A stretch of 10,893 bases of DNA from Nitrospinales bacterium (GTDB lineage Bacteria > Nitrospinota > Nitrospinia > Nitrospinales > JAJDAT01). Positions 1-7,697 of this stretch are shown in pieces (the stretch's first letter is position 1; every line of letters begins with the position of its first letter). Below the pieces are notes generated by a model. The model did no database searches and had not been told where the DNA came from. It saw nothing but the letters and a program-made list of their open reading frames with translations. Made by a program: the position numbers and the translations under genes. The stretch is taken from the NCBI GenBank assembly GCA_046757665.1, contig JBHHYO010000083.1, positions 1 to 10,893 on the forward strand, read 5' to 3'.

Positions 1-164
1 TACTCAAAAACAACTTTATAAAAAATACTCTAAATTACGCAATTAAGTACTAGTCGTCTAAAAGTGTGTGAACCGGGGGTGCCTGCATTTTTCTTTGCGT
101 TCCCGGCGTCTTTGCGTTTCAATAGGGAAACCCAGATCAATCCGGAACCTTCATGGAGCCGCGC

Positions 165-509
165 ATGGAGAACTGCCTGTTTTGCAAAATTGAAAAAGGG
201 GAAATCCCCTCCGAGAAGGTACACGATGGGGAAACACTTTTCGCCATCAAGGATGTCAATCCCGTAGCGCCGGTGCACATCCTGATCCTGCCCAAAAAAC
301 ATTTTTCCACCATCCTGGAAATCGGGGAGGAAGACCGGGAGTTGATCGGATCGGTGTACACCTTGGCCAACCGGATCGCCGGAGATAACGGGCTGGAGCA
401 ATCGGGATTCCGGATTGTCCTCAACTGCGGGGCCGGGGCGGGGCAGTCGGTGTTCCATGTTCATTTTCATTTGTTGGGTGGCCGGCCGATGCACTGGCCG
501 CCAGGTTGA
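165..509 (+). CDS. hinT: Histidine triad nucleotide-binding protein (HIT/HinT family)
   Basis: N-terminal CLFCKI, FAIKDVNPVAPVHILILPKKH, HIT motif HVHFHLLGG and C-terminal WPPG. The start is placed at ATG 165 because GGAG (155-158) lies 6 nt upstream; the ORF track starts at 153. Confidence 0.95.
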   Translation: MENCLFCKIEKGEIPSEKVHDGETLFAIKDVNPVAPVHILILPKKHFSTILEIGEEDRELIGSVYTLANRIAGDNGLEQSGFRIVLNCGAGAGQSVFHVHFHLLGGRPMHWPPG

Positions 510-516
510 ACTCGCC

Positions 517-1536
517 ATGATCGACGCCAAGACCCTTTATGACAAATTAAAACCGATCCGCGTGGGCAATCCGCTCTGCCGGTTCACCGAGGAGCGGTGC
601 GAGCGGCTTCTGCCGCTCATCCGCCGCATCGAGGAATTGAAACGGCGGAAGAACGCCATCATCCTGGCCCACAATTACGTGGCTCCGGAAATCCTTTACG
701 GCGTGGCCGACCATACCGGCGACTCCTACGGGCTTGCGAAGGCGGCCCGGCGCTCCAAGGCGGAGATCATCGTCTTTTGCGCCGTCACTTTCATGGCGGA
801 AACCGCGAAAATTCTCAATCCCCAAAAAACCGTCCTCAATCCCAACCGCAACGGCGGATGCTCCCTGGCCGACGGTATTACCGCCGCGGAGGTGAGGCGG
901 CTTCGCAAAACTTATCCCGACCATGCGTTCGTCTGCTACATCAATACCACGGCCGCCGTGAAAGCCCTGTGCGATGTGTGCGTCACCTCCTCCAACGTTT
1001 ACGACATCATAGAGCGGATCGAAAACGACAAGATTTATTTTCTTCCCGACCGGCTCATGGGCCGGAACGTCATCGACCATTTGCGCGCCAAGGGCATTCG
1101 CAAGCACATCGAGGTGTATGACGGCACTTGCTACGTGCACGAGGAATACCTGCCGGAGAGCGTCGAGTTTGTCCGCAAAAACAACCCCGGCGCGCAAATT
1201 CTGGCGCATCCGGAATGCCGGCCCGGCGTGGTGGGAAAAGCCGATTTCGTGGGCAGTACGTCCATGATGCTGGACCATGTCCGCCAATCGCCCGCCTCGA
1301 CTTTTTTCCTGTTGACCGAATGCGGATTGACGGGCATCCTGCAATCGGAATATCCCGGAAAAAAATTCGTTGGCTCCTGCACTCTTTGCCAGTACATGAA
1401 AACCAATTCGCTGGAAGACATCCTTCGGGTTCTGGAACACCCCGGTCCCGGGGACAGGATTGAACTTGATGCGGACGTGCGGGAAGATGCCCTGCGATGT
1501 ATTGAGCGCATGTTCGACTACGTGGAGCGCAGATAG
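517..1536 (+). CDS. nadA: Quinolinate synthase A ([4Fe-4S])
   Basis: Motifs ILAHNY, GDSYGLA, FCAVTFMAETAKILNP, GCSLAD, CYINT, CVTSSN, CYVH, AHPEC, GSTS, TECG and CTLCQYMK. ATG 517 lies 7 nt after the hinT stop, avoiding the overlap of the track's 415 start. Confidence 0.96.
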   Translation: MIDAKTLYDKLKPIRVGNPLCRFTEERCERLLPLIRRIEELKRRKNAIILAHNYVAPEILYGVADHTGDSYGLAKAARRSKAEIIVFCAVTFMAETAKILNPQKTVLNPNRNGGCSLADGITAAEVRRLRKTYPDHAFVCYINTTAAVKALCDVCVTSSNVYDIIERIENDKIYFLPDRLMGRNVIDHLRAKGIRKHIEVYDGTCYVHEEYLPESVEFVRKNNPGAQILAHPECRPGVVGKADFVGSTSMMLDHVRQSPASTFFLLTECGLTGILQSEYPGKKFVGSCTLCQYMKTNSLEDILRVLEHPGPGDRIELDADVREDALRCIERMFDYVERR

Positions 1537-1540
1537 CATT

Positions 1541-1744
1541 ATGGTCAAAGCCGTATTCCGATATCTTCTGGCCTATGAAACTCCGGAAGGCGTCACCAAC
1601 ATCGTGGAATTCAGCGATGAGGCGGAATATAAAGATTTCCAGGAAGAGTTGGCGAAAGAAAACATTTCCAGCCGCTTGATCAATCCAAGAAAACTTGCTG
1701 AACTTCTGTACCAAAAGGCCAACTATATCGACATGAGAGGCTGA
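1541..1744 (+). CDS. Hypothetical small acidic protein (67 aa)
   Basis: ATG 4 nt after the nadA stop. The ORF fills the gap to the next gene, has protein-like composition (MVKAVFRYLLAYETPEG...YIDMRG), and has GGAG at 1524-1527. No family recognised. Confidence 0.7.
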   Translation: MVKAVFRYLLAYETPEGVTNIVEFSDEAEYKDFQEELAKENISSRLINPRKLAELLYQKANYIDMRG

Positions 1745-1763
1745 GAAAGCCGTTCTTAATGGT

Positions 1764-2951
1764 ATGAAAACGATATTCCGCTTCAAATTCAAAAATATTT
1801 TCTGCGGCGCGCTGGCTTTTGTCTTGCTGTTTTTTTCTCCTGCCGCGGAGCCGGGCACGGGTTCCATCGTCGTCAAGAACCGGTCCGGTGAACAGGTGGG
1901 GATGTATCGTAACAGTTACGCCCTGGTGCTGGCGGTGGACGAGTATGCGGCCCCCTGGACGGCCCGGCCTGGGGCCTTGCGGGATGCCGGTGAATTCAAG
2001 CGCGTACTGGAAAACCTGGCATTCGACGTGACTCTGGTGGCAAACCCGGAAACCAGTAGCCTGCGAAAACTTCTGGTGGATTTCATCAATCGTTATGGGC
2101 AGGTTGAAGATAACCGGCTCCTCATTTATTTTTCCGGACATTGCTACAACCTCGTTCCCCGATACGGCGCGGACGAAATGGAATATCTGGTTCCGGCCAG
2201 GGCGCCGGACCCCGGGAAGGATCTGATAGGGTTTCGCGAATCTGCGTTGAGCTTCTTCCATGTGGATATTTATGCGCGGAATATCCGCTCCCGGCATGTG
2301 CTGTTTCTCTTCGAGGGTTGCCGCAAGAGCGTGGCTCTGGCGTTGCGGGACGGCGGCGGCTCGAAGGAGATATCTCGGTCAGCCTTTAATCCGGCGCGGC
2401 AGTTCATTCTGCTTGGCGGGCCGGAGAAACCCGGCGCCGATTTTCGCCGCGCCTTCCTCGGTACGCGGCTGATGGCCGCCCTCAAGGGCGAGGCGGACCT
2501 GAATACCGACGGCTACGTGACCGCCTCGGAGCTGGCCGGGTTTCTGCGGCGCGAAAACCGGGAACACCCCGGCAATCGGGAAACGTTGATCTATGGCGAA
2601 CTGCAAGGCGTTGCGCCGCGGTCGGGCGATTTTATTTTTCCCTTGCCTCCGCCGCCCGACAAGCCGAAACAATCGAAAATAACCGCACACACGGATTTGC
2701 CGAAAGACCCGGCTCCCAAAGCGCGGAGTGAAAAAACGGGTGAGACCTTTGTTGCCGCTCCTCAGCCGATGCCGACCGTGGTGGAGGAATTGGTGGAAGA
2801 AAAACATGACCGGACGATTTTTTGGCCGCCGGATGAAGCGGAACGGAAAAAACCGTTTGCCATTCATGAGGAAACATTTTCCCGTTTGCAGGATTTGACA
2901 GTGGATGAAGATTTCCCGGCGGAACTGCGGCCCCCGGATTCCTCTCACTGA
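1764..2951 (+). CDS. Exported caspase-like (peptidase C14 family) protein, divergent, with EF-hand-like loop and Pro/Glu-rich tail
   Basis: Signal-peptide-like N-terminus; SYALVLAVDEY first strand; LIYFSGHC (His motif); HVLFLFEGCR (Cys motif); ADLNTDGYVTASEL; GDFIF; then a low-complexity tail starting PLPPPPDKPK. Confidence 0.8.
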   Translation: MKTIFRFKFKNIFCGALAFVLLFFSPAAEPGTGSIVVKNRSGEQVGMYRNSYALVLAVDEYAAPWTARPGALRDAGEFKRVLENLAFDVTLVANPETSSLRKLLVDFINRYGQVEDNRLLIYFSGHCYNLVPRYGADEMEYLVPARAPDPGKDLIGFRESALSFFHVDIYARNIRSRHVLFLFEGCRKSVALALRDGGGSKEISRSAFNPARQFILLGGPEKPGADFRRAFLGTRLMAALKGEADLNTDGYVTASELAGFLRRENREHPGNRETLIYGELQGVAPRSGDFIFPLPPPPDKPKQSKITAHTDLPKDPAPKARSEKTGETFVAAPQPMPTVVEELVEEKHDRTIFWPPDEAERKKPFAIHEETFSRLQDLTVDEDFPAELRPPDSSH

Positions 2952-3005
2952 TACGGCGTTATACGCTCCAGATAAAACCGCCCCGCCGGAAGGGATACGG
3001 CGCTT

Positions 3006-3884
3006 TCAGCCCCACGCTTCCTGAAAGCGTTTGAGGAACGAGCCGTCCATCCGGGTGGACCCGAAAGAGTTCCTTTGCGGGATGTTGTAGCCATGAAAAT
3101 CCCGGCTACCGGTGGGAATCAGGTCATATCGGGCGGTCAGTTCCAGGAAAAAATCGACAATGCCGATTTTTTCGTGGTAGGGGTAGATACATTCCAATCC
3201 CATCAGTCCGAACGACTTCAATTCCTCCACCATGCCGGGGATATCCTTGAAGTCCCGTCCCTTTGCGGGATTGTAAAGGGAGTATTGTCTTTCGCCCGGA
3301 TGGGCGACGACGGGGATGCCGCCGCTTTGCCGGATCATGCGGAGGGCTTCCTGGGCGGTCAAGTTTCTTTTCTCAATATTATACGGCTGGAGATATTTGT
3401 CGAAGGCTTCGAAAGTGTTGGCGACGATTTTCAGCCGGACCATTTCTTTTGCCAGGTGAGGGCGGCCGAGAACGCCCTCGGCGGCCCGCTTCACGTTGTC
3501 GAAATGAATGGCGCCCTTGAACGGGTCGGCCACTACCGCGTTGATTTTATCGATCATCGTCAACATGCGGGCCTCGCGCTGTTGTTGCATGGCCGCTACC
3601 GTGTCCCCGAGTTCGGCGGATATGGATTCGGTGGATTTAAAATAAGCGAGCAGGTGGAGGTGAAAATCGCGGTATTTTACGGTGATTTCGATTCCCGGAA
3701 AGGCGGTGATTCCCGCGGGTTCCGCCGCGGCCATGAATTCCTCGATTCCCTTGAACGTGTCGTGGTCCGTAAGGGATAAAATGGATACTTGTTTCTGTTG
3801 GGCCAGTTCTACCAAGGCGGGAGGGGAGAATTCTCCATCGGAAAAGGTGGAGTGCATGTGGATTTCGGATTTGACAACCTTCAT
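3006..3884 (-). CDS. PHP-domain metal-dependent phosphoesterase (TrpH/YciV-like)
   Basis: HMHSTFSDG, LTDHDT, GIEI, HLLAY, GRPHLA, AHP and GSRDFHG motifs. The start is placed at ATG 3884 (MKVVKSEIHMH); the track starts at 3926. Confidence 0.92.
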   Translation of the reverse strand: MKVVKSEIHMHSTFSDGEFSPPALVELAQQKQVSILSLTDHDTFKGIEEFMAAAEPAGITAFPGIEITVKYRDFHLHLLAYFKSTESISAELGDTVAAMQQQREARMLTMIDKINAVVADPFKGAIHFDNVKRAAEGVLGRPHLAKEMVRLKIVANTFEAFDKYLQPYNIEKRNLTAQEALRMIRQSGGIPVVAHPGERQYSLYNPAKGRDFKDIPGMVEELKSFGLMGLECIYPYHEKIGIVDFFLELTARYDLIPTGSRDFHGYNIPQRNSFGSTRMDGSFLKRFQEAWG

Positions 3885-3971
3885 GGACTGTTTCCCAAGG
3901 GACGGCCTTTGCCGGGCGGAAAACATTTCGGCCCGAAGCGCGGGAAGTTGCTCCCGCTTTTAATCAGTTAA

Positions 3972-4000
3972 ATTATATTCGATTTTGCCGGGCAATGAAA
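3972..4000 (-). promoter_or_regulatory. Possible sigma70 promoter for the PHP gene
   Basis: Perfect TATAAT on the minus strand (plus-strand ATTATA 3972-3977) in the divergent intergenic region. The -35 at 17 nt spacing is weak (TTTCAT). Confidence 0.35.
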
Positions 4001-4067
4001 CAAATCCTTGGGATAAACGGCGAAACCCGGCGGCGGTTGTATTATTGTGCGCCAAGGACCAATTGCT

Positions 4068-4097
4068 TTGACCGACATTTTTCGATAACCTGACAAT
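4068..4097 (+). promoter_or_regulatory. Possible sigma70 promoter for the cytochrome-dsbA-ctpA cluster
   Basis: TTGACC (4068-4073), 18-nt spacer, GACAAT (4092-4097), about 40 nt upstream of ATG 4139. Confidence 0.4.
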
Positions 4098-4138
4098 CAG
4101 GGAAATTTTTTTGACGTGATTTCAAATCCGCGATTTTT

Positions 4139-5443
4139 ATGAGAAAATTCTGTTTTTCCGTGCTGGCCGCCATTGTTTTGTGGTGGGGGTTGGCCTCTGC
4201 CACGAAAACGGCTGACCTGCTGATTTTGTATACAGGCAACACGTTTGGCGAACTGAAGCCCTGCGGTTGCGCCAAGGAGGAGGATCAAGGGGGGATTGAA
4301 AGGCGCGCCGCTTATTTTAAGGAAGTCCGTTCGGGAACGAGAAATGTTCTCCTGCTGGACAGCGGCGACAGTTTCAAGGAACCCACGGTGCAGGGGAAAA
4401 TCAAGGCCCGGTACTTGATGCGAAGCATGGCGCGGATGAATTATGATGCCGTGGTTCCGGGAGACAAGGATTTTGTTTATGGCACCCGGTTTCTCGGCGA
4501 GTTGAAGGGGATTCCCTGGGTCGCCGCGAATTTGGTGTCACCGGCGCCGGTTTTACCTCCTTACCAAATCAAGCGGTTCGAAAACGGGCTTGCCGTTGCT
4601 ATTGTGGGCCTGGTGGCCCCGGAGCTTTTTTATGCCGGACCCCATACGGATATTCATGTCCGGGCTCCGCGGGAAACGCTGGAAAATTTGTTGCCGGGGC
4701 TACGGCAAAAGGAGCATCCGGACCTCGTCATCTTGTTGACGCATATGCCGCGGCAACGAGCGCTGGATTTCCTGGACGTGGCGGGCGTGGATGTCGTCAT
4801 CAACGGGCACATCGAAAAAGCCACGGACCTCATCGACATGACTCCAGTGCGCCGCGCCGAAAGGATTTTTGCGCAGGCCGGGCCGCGGGGGCAAAAGGTG
4901 GGCGAACTGCGGGTGACGCTTGACGCGGCGGGTAAAAAACATTTTCAACAGCGGATGGTCAAGCTGGATTCCCATGTGAAATTCGATCCTGAAATGGTAA
5001 AGTTGTATGGCGAATATAATGAAAAGATCGAGGAGATATTTTTTGCCGCCCTGGCCGCCAAAAAAAATAAGGGCCGGGAAAAAAATTACGCTACGGAGAC
5101 GGTGTGCAAACAATGCCATGCCGAGGCCCATGACATCTGGTCCCGGTCACGGCACGCCGGGGCCTATGCCACTTTGCAAAAAGTGAACAAAGCTTTCGAC
5201 CCGGAATGCCTGGTGTGCCATACGGTTGGGTTTGGCCGGCCGGGGGGGTTTTTGAGCGAAACGGACACCCCGGAACTGGAAAACGTGCAATGCGAGGTCT
5301 GCCACGGCCCGGGTCTGGCGCATTCGCGTGCGCCGCGGCGGGGGTGGAGCCAGCCGGCCCGTCAGGCGTGCAAACGTTGCCACGTCAAAAACCACAGTCC
5401 GCGGTTTGATTACGCGGATTACTGGCCGCGGATAAAACATTGA
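4139..5443 (+). CDS. Exported fusion: UshA/5'-nucleotidase-like metallophosphoesterase-fold domain (CGC motif) plus C-terminal tetraheme c-type cytochrome (c554-like)
   Basis: Signal peptide ending near LASA; ILYTGNTFGELKPCGC...GGIERRAAY; LLLDSGD; WVAANL; ILLTH; VDVVINGH. Four CxxCH motifs: CKQCH 5105-5119, CLVCH 5207-5221, CEVCH 5291-5305, CKRCH 5369-5383. Confidence 0.9.
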   Translation: MRKFCFSVLAAIVLWWGLASATKTADLLILYTGNTFGELKPCGCAKEEDQGGIERRAAYFKEVRSGTRNVLLLDSGDSFKEPTVQGKIKARYLMRSMARMNYDAVVPGDKDFVYGTRFLGELKGIPWVAANLVSPAPVLPPYQIKRFENGLAVAIVGLVAPELFYAGPHTDIHVRAPRETLENLLPGLRQKEHPDLVILLTHMPRQRALDFLDVAGVDVVINGHIEKATDLIDMTPVRRAERIFAQAGPRGQKVGELRVTLDAAGKKHFQQRMVKLDSHVKFDPEMVKLYGEYNEKIEEIFFAALAAKKNKGREKNYATETVCKQCHAEAHDIWSRSRHAGAYATLQKVNKAFDPECLVCHTVGFGRPGGFLSETDTPELENVQCEVCHGPGLAHSRAPRRGWSQPARQACKRCHVKNHSPRFDYADYWPRIKH

Positions 5444-5484
5444 CCCGCGCCAACACTCCCATGTCTTGAACAAGGAGATTATTC

Positions 5485-6108
5485 ATGAAACGAATTTTCG
5501 TTGCCTTTGTGGCCCTGTTGGTCTGCCTGCCCGTCGTTGCTTGCGCGCAGGACAAGATCAAGGGCAAATACGAGGTCATCGGTTCCCTCGACAGGCTCAA
5601 GGGAGCCAAACAAATCGAGATGATCGAATTTTTCAATTATTCCTGCGGCCATTGTTACAAATTTCTGGAAAGCTCCAAGCGCCTGCGGGAAAAATACAAG
5701 GACAAACTGCATCACAAGAAGTATCCCATCTACTGGGGAGGCCAGACATCCTACCCGGCAATGGCTTTTTACATTGCCGATGAACAGGGCGTCGAGGAAC
5801 AGTTCACCCAGGAGATGTTCGATACGAATTTCAAAATGCAGATCAACATTTTTCAACCCAAGGTGATCAAATTTCTGGCCCGCGAATTTCACATTGAAAA
5901 AGCCATGACGGACGGAATGCAGTCCGAGCGGATCAAGGATAAAGTCAAACAATCGCTGGATTTTGCCAAGCAGTACAACGCCAATGAAACCCCGACGGTT
6001 ATCATCAACAAGGTTCTGAAGGTGACGCCCCGCATCGCCGGTGGAGATATAGAGAAGATGACCCAGGACCTGGAAGTTATTTTCGACGACATTCTCGGTA
6101 AGAAATGA
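5485..6108 (+). CDS. dsbA: Periplasmic DsbA-family thiol:disulfide oxidoreductase
   Basis: SD AAGGAG upstream; signal peptide; EFFNYSCGHCY (CxxC at 5644-5655); cis-Pro loop ETPTVIIN; 207 aa. Confidence 0.85.
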   Translation: MKRIFVAFVALLVCLPVVACAQDKIKGKYEVIGSLDRLKGAKQIEMIEFFNYSCGHCYKFLESSKRLREKYKDKLHHKKYPIYWGGQTSYPAMAFYIADEQGVEEQFTQEMFDTNFKMQINIFQPKVIKFLAREFHIEKAMTDGMQSERIKDKVKQSLDFAKQYNANETPTVIINKVLKVTPRIAGGDIEKMTQDLEVIFDDILGKK

Positions 6109-7697
6109 ATTTTCCGAACTCACCACAATGGAAACGGGGTATCCGCAAGTTTGCGGTTGGCGCCGCCGTTGCGCTGGTTTGTTTTTTTCTGTATTCCCCG
6201 GGCGGTTTTTGGGGAAGCGCGGAGCATTTCCCGGCCCCTGTTCACGCGGGATTTTTCAGCGATGATCTGGAATTGTTCGATGAGGTGTTGACGCTGATAT
6301 CGGACCGTTATGTTTACGAGCCCGACTACAAAAAGATTTTTTCCTCCGCCATTGAGGAGATGCTCAGCACCGCCGGTCTGGAAAATCTGATTTTCGAAAA
6401 CACAGGTTCGGGGCAAACCATCATCAAGGGCGCGCGCGAGGTTTCTTATCAGTTGAACACCAACCGGTCGCATGACCTGCGGGCATTCAAGCATGTGTAT
6501 TATTTTCTGGCAGACGAATTCAAGGGGTCGCCGGACAAAAAAGAGTTGGAAGTTGCCGGAATCGTTGGAATGATGAAGGCATTGGACCCGTTTTCGCAGT
6601 ATCTGGACAAGGAGCTGTTCAAAAAATCCATGCGCGATACGGAAGGCCGGTACGGCGGCCTGGGCATGGTGATCACCTTGAAGGATTTGCAACTCACCGT
6701 TGTGCGCACAATGAAAAACTCGCCCGCCCGCCGCGCCCACATCCTGCCGGACGACATTATCACCCACATCGACGGGAAATCGACTAAAGGACTGCAAATC
6801 GACGAGCTGGCTTCCCGGTTGCGGGGATTGTCCAAGACCAAGGTTACCCTGACGATTTTTCGCCCCGGCACCCGGGAGAAAAAGACCTACACGCTGACGC
6901 GGGAAATCATTTCGGTGGAAACGGTCAGCTATAAACCTCTCGGTCGCACCGGGTACATCAAGATCACCAGTTTTTCAAAACAAACCAACAAGCAACTGAA
7001 ACGGGCGCTTCGGGAGGGCTTGCTGGACGGGGTGAAATCTTTCATCCTGGACCTGCGCAACAATCCCGGCGGACTTTTGGACCAATCGGTCCACGTTGCC
7101 AGCCACTTTCTGACGCAGGGTCAAATGGTGGTTTATACCCAGGGGCGCGACAAGGATGACCGGCGGGAATACCGGGCCATCTACCGGAAAAATTTCAACC
7201 GATACCCGATGATTATCTTGATCAACCAGCACAGCGCCAGCGCCGCGGAAATCGTCGCCGGTGCGCTCAGGGATTCCGGGCGCGCCCTGATCGTCGGTGA
7301 AAAATCATACGGCAAGGGAACCGTGCAAACCATTTTTCGCATCCGGGACGGCTCCGGATTGCGGATCACGACGTCAAAATATTACACGCCCTCGGGGATC
7401 GACATTACGCGGGAAAAAATCGTCCCCGAAATCAGGATCGTCGATGATCTGTTGCACAAGACGGGAGACTCGTTTCTGGCCGATGTGGACAGCCCGCACA
7501 AGTTGTTTTACGAAACGTCCATCAGTCTCAAGAAATCCGATGTGGAAAAATTTCTGAAAGAACGGGGAAAGACGGTTGACAGAGAAAATGACCCTGTTGT
7601 TTTGTTCGCCCAGATGATTTTGCAAGATTCCACCACTGCCAGCAAAAGCTACGCCCTGGCCAAGGCGCGGGAGCTTGCGGCCAATATCCTTTATTGA
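6105..7697 (+). CDS. ctpA: S41A carboxyl-terminal processing protease (CtpA/Prc family)
   Basis: N-terminal hydrophobic segment; LDPFSQYL; PDZ domain (YGGLGMVI...SPARRAHILPDDIITHIDG); GYIKITSF; ILDLRNNPGGLL; catalytic Ser in SASAAEI (7239-7241) and Lys in YGKGTVQ (7314-7316). ATGA overlap with the dsbA stop. Confidence 0.93.
   Translation: MNFPNSPQWKRGIRKFAVGAAVALVCFFLYSPGGFWGSAEHFPAPVHAGFFSDDLELFDEVLTLISDRYVYEPDYKKIFSSAIEEMLSTAGLENLIFENTGSGQTIIKGAREVSYQLNTNRSHDLRAFKHVYYFLADEFKGSPDKKELEVAGIVGMMKALDPFSQYLDKELFKKSMRDTEGRYGGLGMVITLKDLQLTVVRTMKNSPARRAHILPDDIITHIDGKSTKGLQIDELASRLRGLSKTKVTLTIFRPGTREKKTYTLTREIISVETVSYKPLGRTGYIKITSFSKQTNKQLKRALREGLLDGVKSFILDLRNNPGGLLDQSVHVASHFLTQGQMVVYTQGRDKDDRREYRAIYRKNFNRYPMIILINQHSASAAEIVAGALRDSGRALIVGEKSYGKGTVQTIFRIRDGSGLRITTSKYYTPSGIDITREKIVPEIRIVDDLLHKTGDSFLADVDSPHKLFYETSISLKKSDVEKFLKERGKTVDRENDPVVLFAQMILQDSTTASKSYALAKARELAANILY

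Noticed and set aside
415-516. Longer nadA start at 415 from the ORF track
   Set aside because: It would overlap hinT by 95 nt and add a non-protein-like extension. ATG 517 fits better.
547-1876. Long antisense ORFs (547-1548, 333 aa; 1070-1876, 268 aa)
   Set aside because: They are shadows of nadA and its neighbours, expected in GC-rich coding DNA, and show no recognisable motifs.
1764-2951. Caspase-based anti-phage defence system
   Set aside because: The protein appears exported, and there is no adjacent gasdermin, NLR/STAND ATPase, TIR, cyclase or CRISPR gene in the window.
2952-3005. Terminator between the convergent caspase-like and PHP genes
   Set aside because: No convincing stem with a U-tract was found.
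4110-4126. FNR/CRP box upstream of the cytochrome gene
   Set aside because: The spacing is TTGA-N7-TCAA rather than the TTGAT-N4-ATCAA of FNR. It is kept only as an unnamed palindrome.
4262-4270. Possible selenocysteine recoding in the UshA-like CGC motif (also checked for DsbA and BCP)
   Set aside because: The relevant codons are TGC/TGT and no in-frame TGA interrupts these ORFs, so these are Cys forms.
3075-6797. Other long opposite-strand ORFs (3075-3779, 5479-6126, 6120-6797)
   Set aside because: Each lies antisense to a gene with clear family motifs and has no independent support.
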